The position numbers and the translations under genes are program-made. A DNA stretch of 63,811 bases, filler included, from Octopus bimaculoides (Eukaryota), in assembly GCF_001194135.2 (NCBI RefSeq). It is 5 parts of 5 records of this genome, joined end to end, with 100 filler letters (N's around TTAATTAATTAA, not from the genome) between each part and the next. Parts side by side here need not be neighbours in the genome. Positions count along the whole stretch, not along the records: positions 10,353 to 25,325 come from NC_068987.1; positions 25,426 to 35,752 come from NC_068981.1; positions 35,853 to 62,702 come from NC_068991.1; 2 more parts are not named here. One strand, given 5' to 3'. Of this stretch, positions 24,457 through 36,444 are shown piece by piece. Position 1 is the first letter of the stretch, and each line of letters begins with the position of its first letter. Below the pieces are notes generated by a model. That model was not told the DNA's origin. It searched no databases and saw nothing but the letters and a program-made list of their open reading frames with translations.

Positions 24457-24775
24457 ACACGTGTACGTCTGCATATATATGTATGTAGATATATATGCAT
24501 TTAGGCATGAATGTACGTATATATGTCGTTATGTATATATTTAACTACAAACAAAACACATACTCTGGATACTGTCAGGTCTGCATTCTGGCAAAAAAAG
24601 TATCAATTTTACAGATAAAAAATTCAGGCTTTATTTAAATTACATGAAGATATTGTGCAAAGACACATAAAGACACACATAAACACGCACAGATATGCAC
24701 ACACAGGACGCCTACACAAAAGAACACGCCACACACATGCACATACGCACACACAGGCACATATATTGTAATACA

Positions 24776-24818
<43 letters not shown>

Positions 24819-26214
24819 TGCAAGGAAAAGCAAAAAGAAAGCAGAAAACAACAACAACAATTACACTACCCAAAAGAATGATAACACAATTCGGTAAGGA
24901 CATGAAAAGGAAACATTAGCAATAGAACAACAAGAACTAAAACAGGAACAAGAACGAGAGAAACAACAGCAACACCGCCAAAAACAGCAGTAACAACACC
25001 AACTACAACACTTTTAGAACATCTTAAAGAACACAAGAACAGTGCGGCAAGAAACATAAATAAAAAGAAAGAAACACATATCAACTGATGAAGAATGGTG
25101 TAGAAAGATAATAAAAATACTAAACGGTTCCTCAGAGAATGCAACTGTAGACATTGTAACGTCGAAGCAAATTCGCTAAAACAGAAAACGAATATGCATA
25201 TACGTACATAGGTGCATTCAATCATACGTACATGACTTCATAGATACATACACACATGCGTATATTCATATATACTTACATACATACTTACATACGTACG
25301 CACACTCACACACACATATATATATNNNNNNNNNNNNNNNNNNNNNNNNNNNNNNNNNNNNNNNNNNNNTTAATTAATTAANNNNNNNNNNNNNNNNNNN
25401 NNNNNNNNNNNNNNNNNNNNNNNNNTATATATATATATATATGAGATATTTTATCGTCAGAAATTGCGAGTGAGGATACAAAACACTTTTATTGCAAGAA
25501 ATGAAGTTGAAACCACTTGAAATTGTAAGAAGCACACGTTATATATACTCAAACAAGGAAGATGACCGCCCGCTGTCACTGATATATATTGCACGCTTCT
25601 TACACGCTCCTATAGGTACATGTATACATATGTAGGTACATGCATACATAAGTAGGTATATACATACATATATTCATACCTACCTACCTACCTACCTACC
25701 TACCTACCTACCTACTTAACTAACTACCTAGATAATTAGAGGTCGGCTGCTGACTCATTAAACGAGAATGACTGTGACTTACTAAATAAAATGTATCACA
25801 GTATTACATGAGAACAGCAACGGTGCTTCAATCCTGCTGGATACCAACAGAACTTGTAGGTTCGACATTCATACAAGTTCTTCTGACTTCTTCTTTGTTC
25901 TGGGTCATTCTGATGATTTACTCTCTGCATCTTCTTATGTCTAGATAACTCTGAGCGATTTATCCCGTTTTCTAGTAGACAGAGCATTTGCGGTAGGCCC
26001 TAGCAAGAAATTTTTTGTAGTTTGTAATAATTTTTTCTATATGACTTATCTGGGGAATTACCATTCCTGCTCCATTTTTACATATGCAGCCACACACTTC
26101 ACAGATTAGTTGAGTAACGGAATTATCTTTTCTTGCTGATCTCATTATACTTGATCACTCGTTTCCATTTCGCTGGAGTGTGCTCGCTCCGTCATAGAAG
26201 ACCATGTCTCATAA

Positions 26215-26530
26215 TGCATATGCAGAAGCAGCACTGATTCAAACATTTGGAATACATTACTGTTCTGTTGAGGAAATCCGCTCTATAGACGTGAGCTATT
26301 GACGTAAACCTCCACAATATCTCCGCAAAAAGTGATATCGATAGGCCTACATAAAAGGCGGTGAAGGAGGGAGAGGATTAAGATCAGTGCAAACAACATT
26401 TAAATGCCATATAGTCTCTCTTAGAGAGCACTTCCTAAACAGCAAGAGCAAAAATAAATACATGAACTTGGTGCTGAAAAGAGGAGAGAAAAATAGCCTA
26501 CATGCCGGCAGCGAGCGTCTCAGTAAATAC
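26215..26530 (+). mobile_element. R4/Dong-like non-LTR retrotransposon RT C-terminal relic
   Basis: HNAYAEAALIQTFGIHYCSVEEIRSIDV... KSDIDR / IKGGEGGRGLRSVQTTFKCHIVSLREHFLNSKSKNKYMNLVL; the DxDRLYxxRxEGGRGL motif is characteristic of R4/Dong-like RLE elements. Confidence 0.7.
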
Positions 26531-27639
26531 TGGTTATAGGTCTATATTTATACTAATAATAATTGGTGCACTTGGTTTTGAGTGCAAACGACTAGCTGAC
26601 TATTATGGATATATATTTCACAAAATGAAATCAGCCAACTCGGGCATTACAAATATAATCTGTAAGTCGAACTGAAAAATATGCAAAACTTCTCTCACGT
26701 TCAAAATATGACAATGCTTTGGGGATTTACATCCCAACGATGGAGAATTGTATATTTGTTAGAAACCAACTCTTTCCTCAGAGGAAGGATTTAAATAATT
26801 AAAAAAACAGAAGAGAACATATATACATAGATGCGTAGATACATTCAAATATACATACATACATACATACATACATACATACACACGCATAATACATACA
26901 TACATACATGCATACATACATACATACATGCTTATCAATATGCACTCATGACTATCAGAATTAATTTGAAGCTTTAACCTTACATACCGATTAAATTTTC
27001 TCTATCTTTGAAATTTTTTTTAATACTAGAAATAACAATATTATCGTGATCAGTGTATATAACAGCTCTTATCACAGATAAGAATATGTGATTGTAGTAT
27101 GGCTTACAGTTTAGACGCATGATGTTGAATAATTTACGAGGTTTGCGTAGGGATGTATACACAGTCTTGAAAACGATGCGATAAGCTGCTGCAAAGCAGA
27201 TGTCACAATAATTAAAGAACATTTATATCACTTCCATTTGTACCACAACGAAAATGGATCTGCATTAATTAAAATACACGGTTCTCATGTATGATAGGAA
27301 TTGTTTATGTTTGATAATTGATAAAGAAAGAAACGTTTGGGGAATGGTGTCTTAGGAATCACGCATTTTGATTAACTAAACCAAAGGTTTTAATTTGATG
27401 AATGAAACAAAAGGCTGAAGAATAATGGAATCAAAAGAAGCATTGCTGATCAACAGAAAATTGCCCCCAGTATTCTGCAAATATCACTAGATTCTTGAGA
27501 TTTGAGTTGTCTTGCGACGAAACTTGAAAGGGCATCTACATTAATGAAATTAGCTACAGCGCCATAGCCGTTTGCAAGCCTAGTTGAGAAAAGAGAAACG
27601 TTGTAACAGTAACATTAGTAGCCCTGTCCTATTATACAT

Positions 27640-27830
27640 TGTTCTACATCCTACTGAAATGCTACCAAGTAAATATATGGAAAATGGTTTTGGTAAAGGG
27701 AGGTAGTGCTCCTAAGATGCTACGTAGGAGAAAGTGAAAAGGAAAAACACTGGCAAGAGATTACACCTGCGGACAACTACAATCCATTGCCAAAGATCGA
27801 TAGAAGTGGGCATTTCCTCTATATAGCAGC
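27640..27830 (+). mobile_element. Possible RTE LINE 3'-end relic
   Basis: TCGQLQSIAKDR*KW resembles the TWxQLxxxAQDRxxWR terminus. Confidence 0.4.
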
Positions 27831-27954
27831 AAATGTATGATGAACGATGTGTTCCGTTAGCATCAATGGTAATGCTATTACTCCAAACAAAGCGGAACAC
27901 CATTCATAAAATCTATAATAAAATCAGGTTAGTAATATTTACATACATTAAAGC

Positions 27955-28150
27955 GGTGAGCTGGCAGAATTGTTACCAGGACGGAAATAAAATGTTTAAC
28001 TGGATTTCGTGTCTTCGCTTCTGAGTTCAAATTCCACAGAGGTCGAATTTGTCTTTCATCAAAATTGGGGTCGATAAAATAAGTACCAATTGAACACTGA
28101 GGTCCATAAAATAAATACTAATTAAGCACTGGGTTCAATGTAATCGACTC
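27955..28150 (+). mobile_element. SINE family B
   Basis: GGTGAGCTGGCAGAATTGTTA...TTCTGAGTTCAAATTCCACAGAGGTCGAATTTG. Confidence 0.8.
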
Positions 28151-28330
28151 ATACCAGGCCTTGTGATAGAATTTGAAGCCAACGTTTACATATATACGTT
28201 CAAATATATGAGGCCACGGGCTCGTGTTTGTATGTACTGCATTTTCATCTTTCTTTTCTGATTTCGGATATGAAAACCTTTTTTGCATCATTTACATTCG
28301 ACGGATATTTGTCCTCATTTTGTGTGTTGT

Positions 28331-28379
28331 TAACGCAACGTTTCCGCTGATATAACCTTCAGCCTTCTTCAGGTGTCTT
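28331..28379 (-). ncRNA. Minimal type I hammerhead motif of the PLE pseudo-LTR (degenerate copy)
   Basis: AAGACAC-CUGAAGA-A-GGCUG..CAGCG-GAAAC-GUU|GCGUUA; one stem II mismatch and a weakened stem I. Confidence 0.6.
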
Positions 28380-28444
28380 GTGGAAATTTCGAACCTGGGT
28401 TCTCATTACTAACGTATATGTTATTATTATTATTGTTATCGTTC

Positions 28445-28508
28445 AGGTCGCTGCTTGGAATCGAACTCGGTTAGTAGCCCGCGGTCTTAACCACTACGCC
28501 ATATGCCC
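28445..28508 (-). promoter_or_regulatory. tRNA-like Pol III internal promoter (box A/B) in the PLE 3' region
   Basis: Minus: GGGCATA-TGGCGTAGTGG(box A)-TTAAGACCGCGGGCTACTAACC-GAGTTCGATTCC(box B)-AAGCAGCGACC, about 40 bp after the end of the GIY-YIG coding region. Confidence 0.7.
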
Positions 28509-29276
28509 GTGAGCAATTATGCAGTGAATTTTAGGGCTTATAAATCTAATATTTTTCTATCCTTCCTTAATACCAGTTCCCATATGTTGTTCATATTATA
28601 CTCAGTCTGCTTAGGAGGTTGTTGTGTCCTAGCATATGCGCTGCTTCTTTTGGTTTTCGTATTTTCCAGTGGTGTTCTCCGTCTATTATTTTAACTTCAT
28701 CCCACAGGGGGAGGTGGTCTCCATTTTTCCATACATGATCAGCTGTACCCGATTTATCAATATCTACTCGTGTCACAGCTTTGCGATATTCGTCTACCCT
28801 TATTTTGAGGGGGCGACATGTTTCGACTTCGTATAACCCACCACAGCTGCATGGATTGAGTACACACAATCTTTGGTCATATTCTCTTCTATTGGTGGTT
28901 TTACTCGAAGGAAATATTTGCGAAGTGTTGTATTACTCTTGAATACTGTCCTGATGTCATATGGGCCGCATATACTTTGTTTCTTTTCGGAGAGGCCTTT
29001 CACATAAGGTAGACAGACTGTGGACAGTTTATTGGCCTCATCCTCTATCTTTTTCATAAATGGAGTGGATAGAATACTTTTCGGTTAGTTGTTGATTAAG
29101 AGATCGTTATTGAACTTAATCATTTCTCCGTGGTGTGTATCACGATCGCAACTTATATTCTTTGCAAGAGCAATCCCTCTCTCTACACTGTATGGACCAT
29201 ACATGATCAGCTATAAATCGGGTATAGCAGATCATGTATGGAAAAATGGAGACCACTTCCCCCTGTGTGATGAAGT

Positions 29277-29332
<56 letters not shown>

Positions 29333-29340
29333 TAATAATG

Positions 29341-29419
<79 letters not shown>

Positions 29420-29466
29420 CATCGAAAAATACGTTAGGAATTAGAACCCGAATTCGAAATTTCCCC

Positions 29467-29519
29467 AAGACACCTGAAGAAGGCTGGGGGGTAGGTATAT
29501 CAGCCGAAACGTTGTGTTT
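29467..29519 (+). ncRNA. Minimal type I hammerhead ribozyme of the PLE pseudo-LTR (dimer type)
   Basis: AAGACAC-CUGAAGA-A-GGCUG-loop-CAGCC-GAAAC-GUU|GUGUUU: 6-bp stem I, 5-bp stem II, loop-less self-complementary ACGU stem III. Confidence 0.8.
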
Positions 29520-30482
29520 ACAACAAACAAGATGAGGACAAATATCCGTCAAATGTAAATAATGTAAATAATGTGCATAATTCCTCATCTCTTAAATATA
29601 GAACTGTATGAAAACGTTTGTTCGCAGAGATATTGTTGCTTTTGGGAGGGTCATTATGCCAGTAAAAAACAAAAACACAGAAAACATGCTCTATATATGC
29701 TTCACTTTAGTTTCATTTTTAATCACCTAAATACATTAACTCAGCGACTGTTTAAATGATTTCTGTGCTGAAGTGTTTTCATCACAAGCTTTGAACTCAT
29801 AAACTGCTTGATGCCCCTCAAATACCTATTCCCTATTACCGCACCACTTACCGAATGTTTCCTTTGTGTCTCATTGGTCTAATGGTAAATTTTTATGTGC
29901 TCTTCCATTTATATATTTATTTTGCCCATATATAAGGGCGTACAAGCGCGCTGCCTAGATTAAGATAATATTATTTTTCTTTTGAGATTGAACATTGCAT
30001 ATTGAATTGATTTTAATCGATATCATGCGAGTATGACTATGAATTTGGTTGATATTTATATTGCTTCAGTGCTGAAATTTGGATAACATACTACATATAT
30101 TCCTGCATATTTATTAATATACACCGTGTTTATTACGCAGGTATTATTAAAGACTGTGTTGGTGTATGGAATTTGAGCGTATTTCAGATTAAGTTACAGT
30201 TTCTGTGTTGTCAAGCGTATTTCTGTATTCAGTGTCATATCTTAAGGACTGGTAATGTCAGCGACAGCGAGGTTGTTCTTATTCCATTCATATTCTCTAT
30301 TGAGTGGAAGAGGTAATTCCGAAATCCAAATGCAACATAACCAGCGCGTGTGTATTTTATCGACATATACCTTCGAAAAGATAACTTTAAACATATTTGT
30401 GTGCGCGTGTGTCTATCCATATTACCTATCTATCTATATATCTATACATACATACATATGTATATATATAATTATGCATATA

Positions 30483-30514
<32 letters not shown>

Positions 30515-31899
30515 NNNNNNNNNNNNNNNNNNNNNNNNNNNNNNNNNNNNNNNNNNNNNNNNNNNNNNNNNNNNNNNNNNNNNNNNNNNNNNNNNNNNNN
30601 NNNNNNNNNNNNNNNNNNNNNNNNNNNNNNNNNNNNNNNNNNNNNNNNNNNNNNNNNNNNNNNNNNNNNNNNNNNNNNNNNNNNNNNNNNNNNNNNNNNN
30701 NNNNNNNNNNNNNNNNNNNNNNNNNNNNNNNNNNNNNNNNNNNNNNNNNNNNNNNNNNNNNNNNNNNNNNNNNNNNNNNNNNNNNNNNNNNNNNNNNNNN
30801 NNNNNNNNNNNNNNNNNNNNNNNNNNNNNNNNNNNNNNNNNNNNNNNNNNNNNNNNNNNNNNNNNNNNNNNNNNNNNNNNNNNNNNNNNNNNNNNNNNNN
30901 NNNNNNNNNNNNNNNNNNNNNNNNNNNNNNNNNNNNNNNNNNNNNNNNNNNNNNNNNNNNNNNNNNNNNNNNNNNNNNNNNNNNNNNNNNNNNNNNNNNN
31001 NNNNNNNNNNNNNNNNNNNNNNNNNNNNNNNNNNNNNNNNNNNNNNNNNNNNNNNNNNNNNNNNNNNNNNNNNNNNNNNNNNNNNNNNNNNNNNNNNNNN
31101 NNNNNNNNNNNNNNNNNNNNNNNNNNNNNNNNNNNNNNNNNNNNNNNNNNNNNNNNNNNNNNNNNNNNNNNNNNNNNNNNNNNNNNNNNNNNNNNNNNNN
31201 NNNNNNNNNNNNNNNNNNNNNNNNNNTTGCTGGAAATCCATTTTCAATGGATCGACTGCTAATAGTTTATTCATTGGACAAAGAAGGATTTTTTTTTTCC
31301 ATATTTGTATTTTATTTCAAACACCATTCACTCTTTTTTCTTTTTTCCATTGTAGTGAGGTATATTCCCCCAGATTAAAGAATGGAATGGTGGAATGCCC
31401 GGTGGAAATTTGATTCAAAGCATTCGCTAGTTTAATATCAAAGCTGCACAAGAAATTCGCTATATTTGCAATTGTTATTTTTTTCTCAGTTTGTTTTTGT
31501 TGCTATCTGTATCTTAGTTTTGTTATTGTTGTTGTAGCTTTTATTATTATCATTCTTCTTGTTGTTGTAGTTATCATCATCATTGCTGTTATTAATGTTT
31601 AATACCTGTTGTTGTCATATTTTGCAAGGCCACTTTTCTAAAGGCCTTCTTTAACCGAGAAAGTGTTGACGTCAATGAATCAGACATTAAAAACTGCATT
31701 AAATGCCTAAGCGCTGATTTTCCGTTTTAATAATAAGAGCGAAGAAGGAATAATCTAGAATGATGGAAAAATTTGCAATTCAACAAATACCAGCATGAGA
31801 AAATAGACATCTGTGATTTGAAGATAATGTTACTGACACTTCATTATATTATATTATATTGCATTATATTACAAATATTTGTGAATATTATTGATGAAA

Positions 31900-33845
31900 G
31901 GAGCGAAGAATATTCAAAAGTAACCATGGAATGGTTTATGGAGGAACTCTACGAAGTATAACAAGCTCTTTAAATTAGTGTTGTGAAACGAGGCATCGTG
32001 AGTATGTAAGAGTATTCTTTATCTGGAAATAACTTGGATGAAACAATGAAGAATGTATGGATTGAAAGGTTTCGATTCGATAATATGAGTGTTTCTAAAT
32101 GCTTGAGATAATGATCCACATATCGAGTTAACTGCTTCCGTACATCTTGCATTAGAGTGGGTGCTCTATGGTCATTAAACGTAGTTAAAATCAGTTCAGT
32201 GTTCGCAGATACTAGCACAGCAATTATTTAACGGTCATCCGTTGGTCTATACCGAAGTCATTTATTCAATATATTTCTGAAAATATTCAACTAAAATACA
32301 TTGCTCTATCTATAAGTGTCCGACGTAAAAATGCTAATGAACCAATTTTATGAACATACGTGTTCATAGTATAGCATTAAGTATAACACTTAGGAAATAA
32401 ATATATGAAGCTGGCATCTAAGAGTTCTATTTCATATAACAATTTATTGCTTAAATGCCGCATTCACAAATAATTTTGTTTATGAATGTTCTTATTTATA
32501 TCTATCTTATGTTAATAGCATTATGGTTCTTTCACTAGTCTAGATTCTGTACTAGAAAATATTGTAGACATAACAGCGATATTTAAATGATATATTTCAT
32601 ATATTCTATATATTAATACACCATTTCCTGTATTGATATAATAATTCGTAACTAAATTCAATCAGGATTGAATTATTACTAGTTTCAAAGCATTTTGCTG
32701 AGTTAAATGTTAATATATTATATGATACTGAGACAATAATTTTATATTTTTAATATTACTTGCATGATATTTTCAACTTATTACATTTTATATTAATCAA
32801 TGCTTTAAAGAATTTCACTAAATACAAGTGCCATTCTGTAGTTTTCAGAAACGGCTCTGTTCGTGCACGGAGAGCCCAATCTAGATGTGGGTAGTTCAAA
32901 ACTGTAATTAGGGATATTGCATCCCATTTTCACTTTTATATAGGTCGTAATCATTAGGGTTATTATAACAAATATTCAAGATAATTGACTTTGTTGTACT
33001 GGCTGTGATAAAAAAAATATATATGACTTAAATATATGCCTCCCTATCACATGGTTCTGGGTTCAGTCCCGCTGCATGGCACCTTGGGCAAGTGTCTTAT
33101 ACTATAGCATGGAGTCGACCAAAACCTTGTGAGTGGATTTGGTAGACGAAAGTTGAAAGAAGACCGTCGTATGTATATATTTATGTGTTCGTGTCTGTGG
33201 TGATCCCACCCCACTCACAATCGCTTGATGTTGGTGTATTTAGATACGCGAAGCCTAGCGGTTTGGCAAAAAGGTCTTTAGAATAAGTACTAGGCATACA
33301 AAGAATAGGTTCTGGGATCGATTTGGTCGACTAAAACGTTTTAAGATATTCCAGCATGGCCGTAGTAAAATAACTGAAAGAAGTAAAAGAATAAAAAATA
33401 CAGGTGTTTATGAATCTATTGTTATACTTGTGGATGGTAATTTCTGTGTGCCAATTAAACACGCATACTATTTATTCGATCTTCTCTTTAGCTTTTCGTG
33501 TTTTAGTTTTTATTCAGACTATTTTTAGTTCATAAGTCTGTCAGATTTTAGTCGTCACTCATCTGTGACCTTGTCAGTGACGCTCTATCCCATGTGTCAC
33601 CTCATGTCCTGCTTATTTCATTATGTCCTTCTGTGATATGCCTGATGAAATGCCGCTCTAATGTCTATCTAATGTCTAAAACCGCAAATGTCACGCAACG
33701 TTGCACATCGTCATTTTGTGTAAACAGGCGTTGTAAGCAGAGTCCGTACAGAACAGATCAATGAAAATGACTTAAAGTATTTCATACACACACACGCCCC
33801 TTACATACATACATACACACAGAGAGGTACACGTACACTCACATT

Positions 33846-33877
<32 letters not shown>

Positions 33878-35400
33878 TCGGTCTCTAATTTATTTATACT
33901 TATATGTGTGAGTGTATGTATATACCTACGTATACACATACATACATAAATACATACATGTATATATATATGCAATATATATGTAATTATATACATCATA
34001 TATATACATACACACTAATATAGTAATATATTTATGTATATTTGTAAAGGCTGTTTATGTGCGGGTGTGTGTGCATGTGTATGAGTATACGAGTGTGTGC
34101 GCGCGCGTGCTTGTAAATTGCGTATATGTTCAGAAATTAAATTAAAATTCATCCCCTGGTGACTGCCGTCTACTAATGTCAGTATCGCGATTTGAAAATA
34201 TGTTTCGTGCAACAATTTTCCATTTTGATCATGTTCATCCTTATCGACGTTGTTGAATAAATAATTCATCCATTACATTGGCTGACCTTTTCTTTTTTTT
34301 TTTTACCTGCCTGCTGTTTTGACATGCCTTTCATTCTGCTATGTTTTATACCATAGGAATATTCACAAGAAATATCCAGACTGCTATAAAGCTCGTTGCT
34401 TAATCGACGGTGTCTGATGAGCAAAATCAAATCAATATTCTCCGTCAATAACCTCAATTAATCTTCTTAATCGATACTCTTACATCAATAGTGTTTTCTT
34501 TTTTTTTTACAATAGCCACAGACAAAGATGCATCAATAATTTCAAGTTATTTTACATTTTCCTGTAATTCAACTTCGCTATTACAAAGCATTATAGTCAA
34601 TTAAAGACGCTAGATTAATAACACGACCGTAATTCTACCATAAAGGTAATAAAATTAAATAGGGTAACGAAAACCAATAAATTACAGTCAGAGATCTTGT
34701 GCTATTAACCCGTCATCAATAAGGTTTGAAGAGTAATCTTTGATCGACTATCCCATATAAATGACGTCATTTTACATAGCTTTGATGAGCAACTTTTATA
34801 TTTGCCAATATGTGATCTTCTTCAATAACCTTTGCTATTAATCTATAGAACTGTCGTGTTATAATTTAGTTATTCAATGTTGGATCACTCTTCTGATAAC
34901 TATAAATTACAACGGTTGCTGCTTAAAGTGGCTGTTATCTACGTAAAATGTAAAATCAGTGTAATCAATTACACACCAATAAGCTCATATATCCTGATTT
35001 GACGGTGCATTATCTCTTTTCAATAATTTGAGGGTAATTACGTCAAGATATTAAATACATATCTCGGATTTTTTAGTGATGCAGTAATAACGATCGAATG
35101 TATTAAAAACTATGCTGTAGTTGTCGCTTACAAATACTATATTGTACATTATTAGTCACGATACGATAGAACGAAATAGCGAATAATATATTTAGCCCAT
35201 CTTTTCGTAATGTTCGCATAATGTTGGTAAATGAAATGTTTGAATTGATATATTCGTAATTTTATTAATTAGTTCATCCGAATATGGCATTAAATTTCAT
35301 GATTTGTTGTACAGGAATGAAACAAATTAGAATAATCTAAGATTGTTAGTAATACCTTGACATCGTTTGTATCACAGAACTAAGCTTATATTCGATGATC
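31900..35400 (-). pseudogene. Heavily decayed leucine-rich-repeat array gene (TLR-like or other LRR receptor), interrupted by a SINE and microsatellites
   Basis: Scattered minus-strand LRR-like motifs among many stops and frameshifts: NKITNISIQTFHLPTL (35219-35267), LITLILHF (34945-34968), LQTLLMTG**HKI (near 34700), VSVSYNILTFNSAKCFETSNNSILIEFSYELL (about 32650-32740), YEIELLDASF (32407-32442), HKIGSLAF (32329-32352), LKHLETLILSN (32075-32107). Confidence 0.55.
33045..33395 (+). mobile_element. SINE family A inserted in the LRR relic
   Basis: CACATGGTTCTGGGTTCAGTCCCGCTGCATGGCACCTTGGGCAAGTGTC ... CCAGCATGGCCGTAGTAAAATAACTGAAAGAAGTAAAAGA. Confidence 0.85.
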
Positions 35401-36444
35401 TACCTATATTTACGTTTCCTTTGTAATATGTAGAAGTCAATACTGGTAGAATAACAATGACATTTCGATAATGCTAAACCCATCTGTAGCAGTGGTATGT
35501 ACTTTTCGAACTAATAACATACTGACTTCATGTGTAATCAATAATATACATCATATTCACTAGTGAATCAATACAATGAAATGCATAATAAATATTAGGA
35601 CGAAGCAAAATAATACCTCATAAAATCGATAAACAAATGTACAATTATTGAATGCTAAGATAATTGTATTTACTGAATGTCCTCAAATACCATATGAGCG
35701 TATTGAGAATAATACTTGAAACGTCTGCACATTTTAAAGGGTTTACATATATNNNNNNNNNNNNNNNNNNNNNNNNNNNNNNNNNNNNNNNNNNNNTTAA
35801 TTAATTAANNNNNNNNNNNNNNNNNNNNNNNNNNNNNNNNNNNNNNNNNNNNAAACATACACACACACAAACATACACACACACAAACACACACACACAC
35901 ACACAAACATACACACACACAAACATACACACACACAAACACACACACACACACAAACACAAACACACAACAGACCCCTTTAGGGATATTTTGGCTTAAT
36001 ATCCTAGACATGTGTCACCTGATTTACACTACTCACTCTATTGGTCATCTGCTATGATCGTCTTCCGCACTTTCTCTATAATCTTCCCCCTCTCTCACCC
36101 TCTCTCCCACACATACACGCCCTGCCTTTCTCCTCCCTCTCTCTTTCTATGTCAGTGTATGAGTTTTAAAGTCTTGTCTCACTGTATATGCGTATAGGTC
36201 TGTAGTTTTGAATATGCATGTTTGTGTTTTTCTCTGTGTTTGTGAGTATTTGTTCTCCGTTTGACTGTGCGAATGAGCTTTGTGTATTGACGTGTTCTGC
36301 TGACCGTGTCTGGAATTCTGTATACGTCTGTGTGCGTATACCTGTATATGTCTGTGTGTATGTATATATATATATATATCTATATATCTATAATATAAAT
36401 TGAAGTCGGCCGACCGTTGTATTCTTTCTTGTCTTGAGGTTCAC

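Larger units (their letters stand above)
28290..29610 (-). mobile_element. 5'-truncated Penelope-like element (thumb + GIY-YIG endonuclease, frameshifted) with an inverted partial copy of its 3' end (tail-to-tail pseudo-LTRs)
   Basis: Minus 29195-28545: ...DLLINN*PKSIL...VCLPYVKGLSEK...KDCVYSI / CSCGGLYEVETCRPLKIRVDEYRKAV...KSGTADHVWKNGDHLPLWDEVKIIDGEHHWKIRKPKEAAHM. 28290-28420 is the reverse complement of 29428-29560, and 28690-28760 of 29213-29278. Confidence 0.9.
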
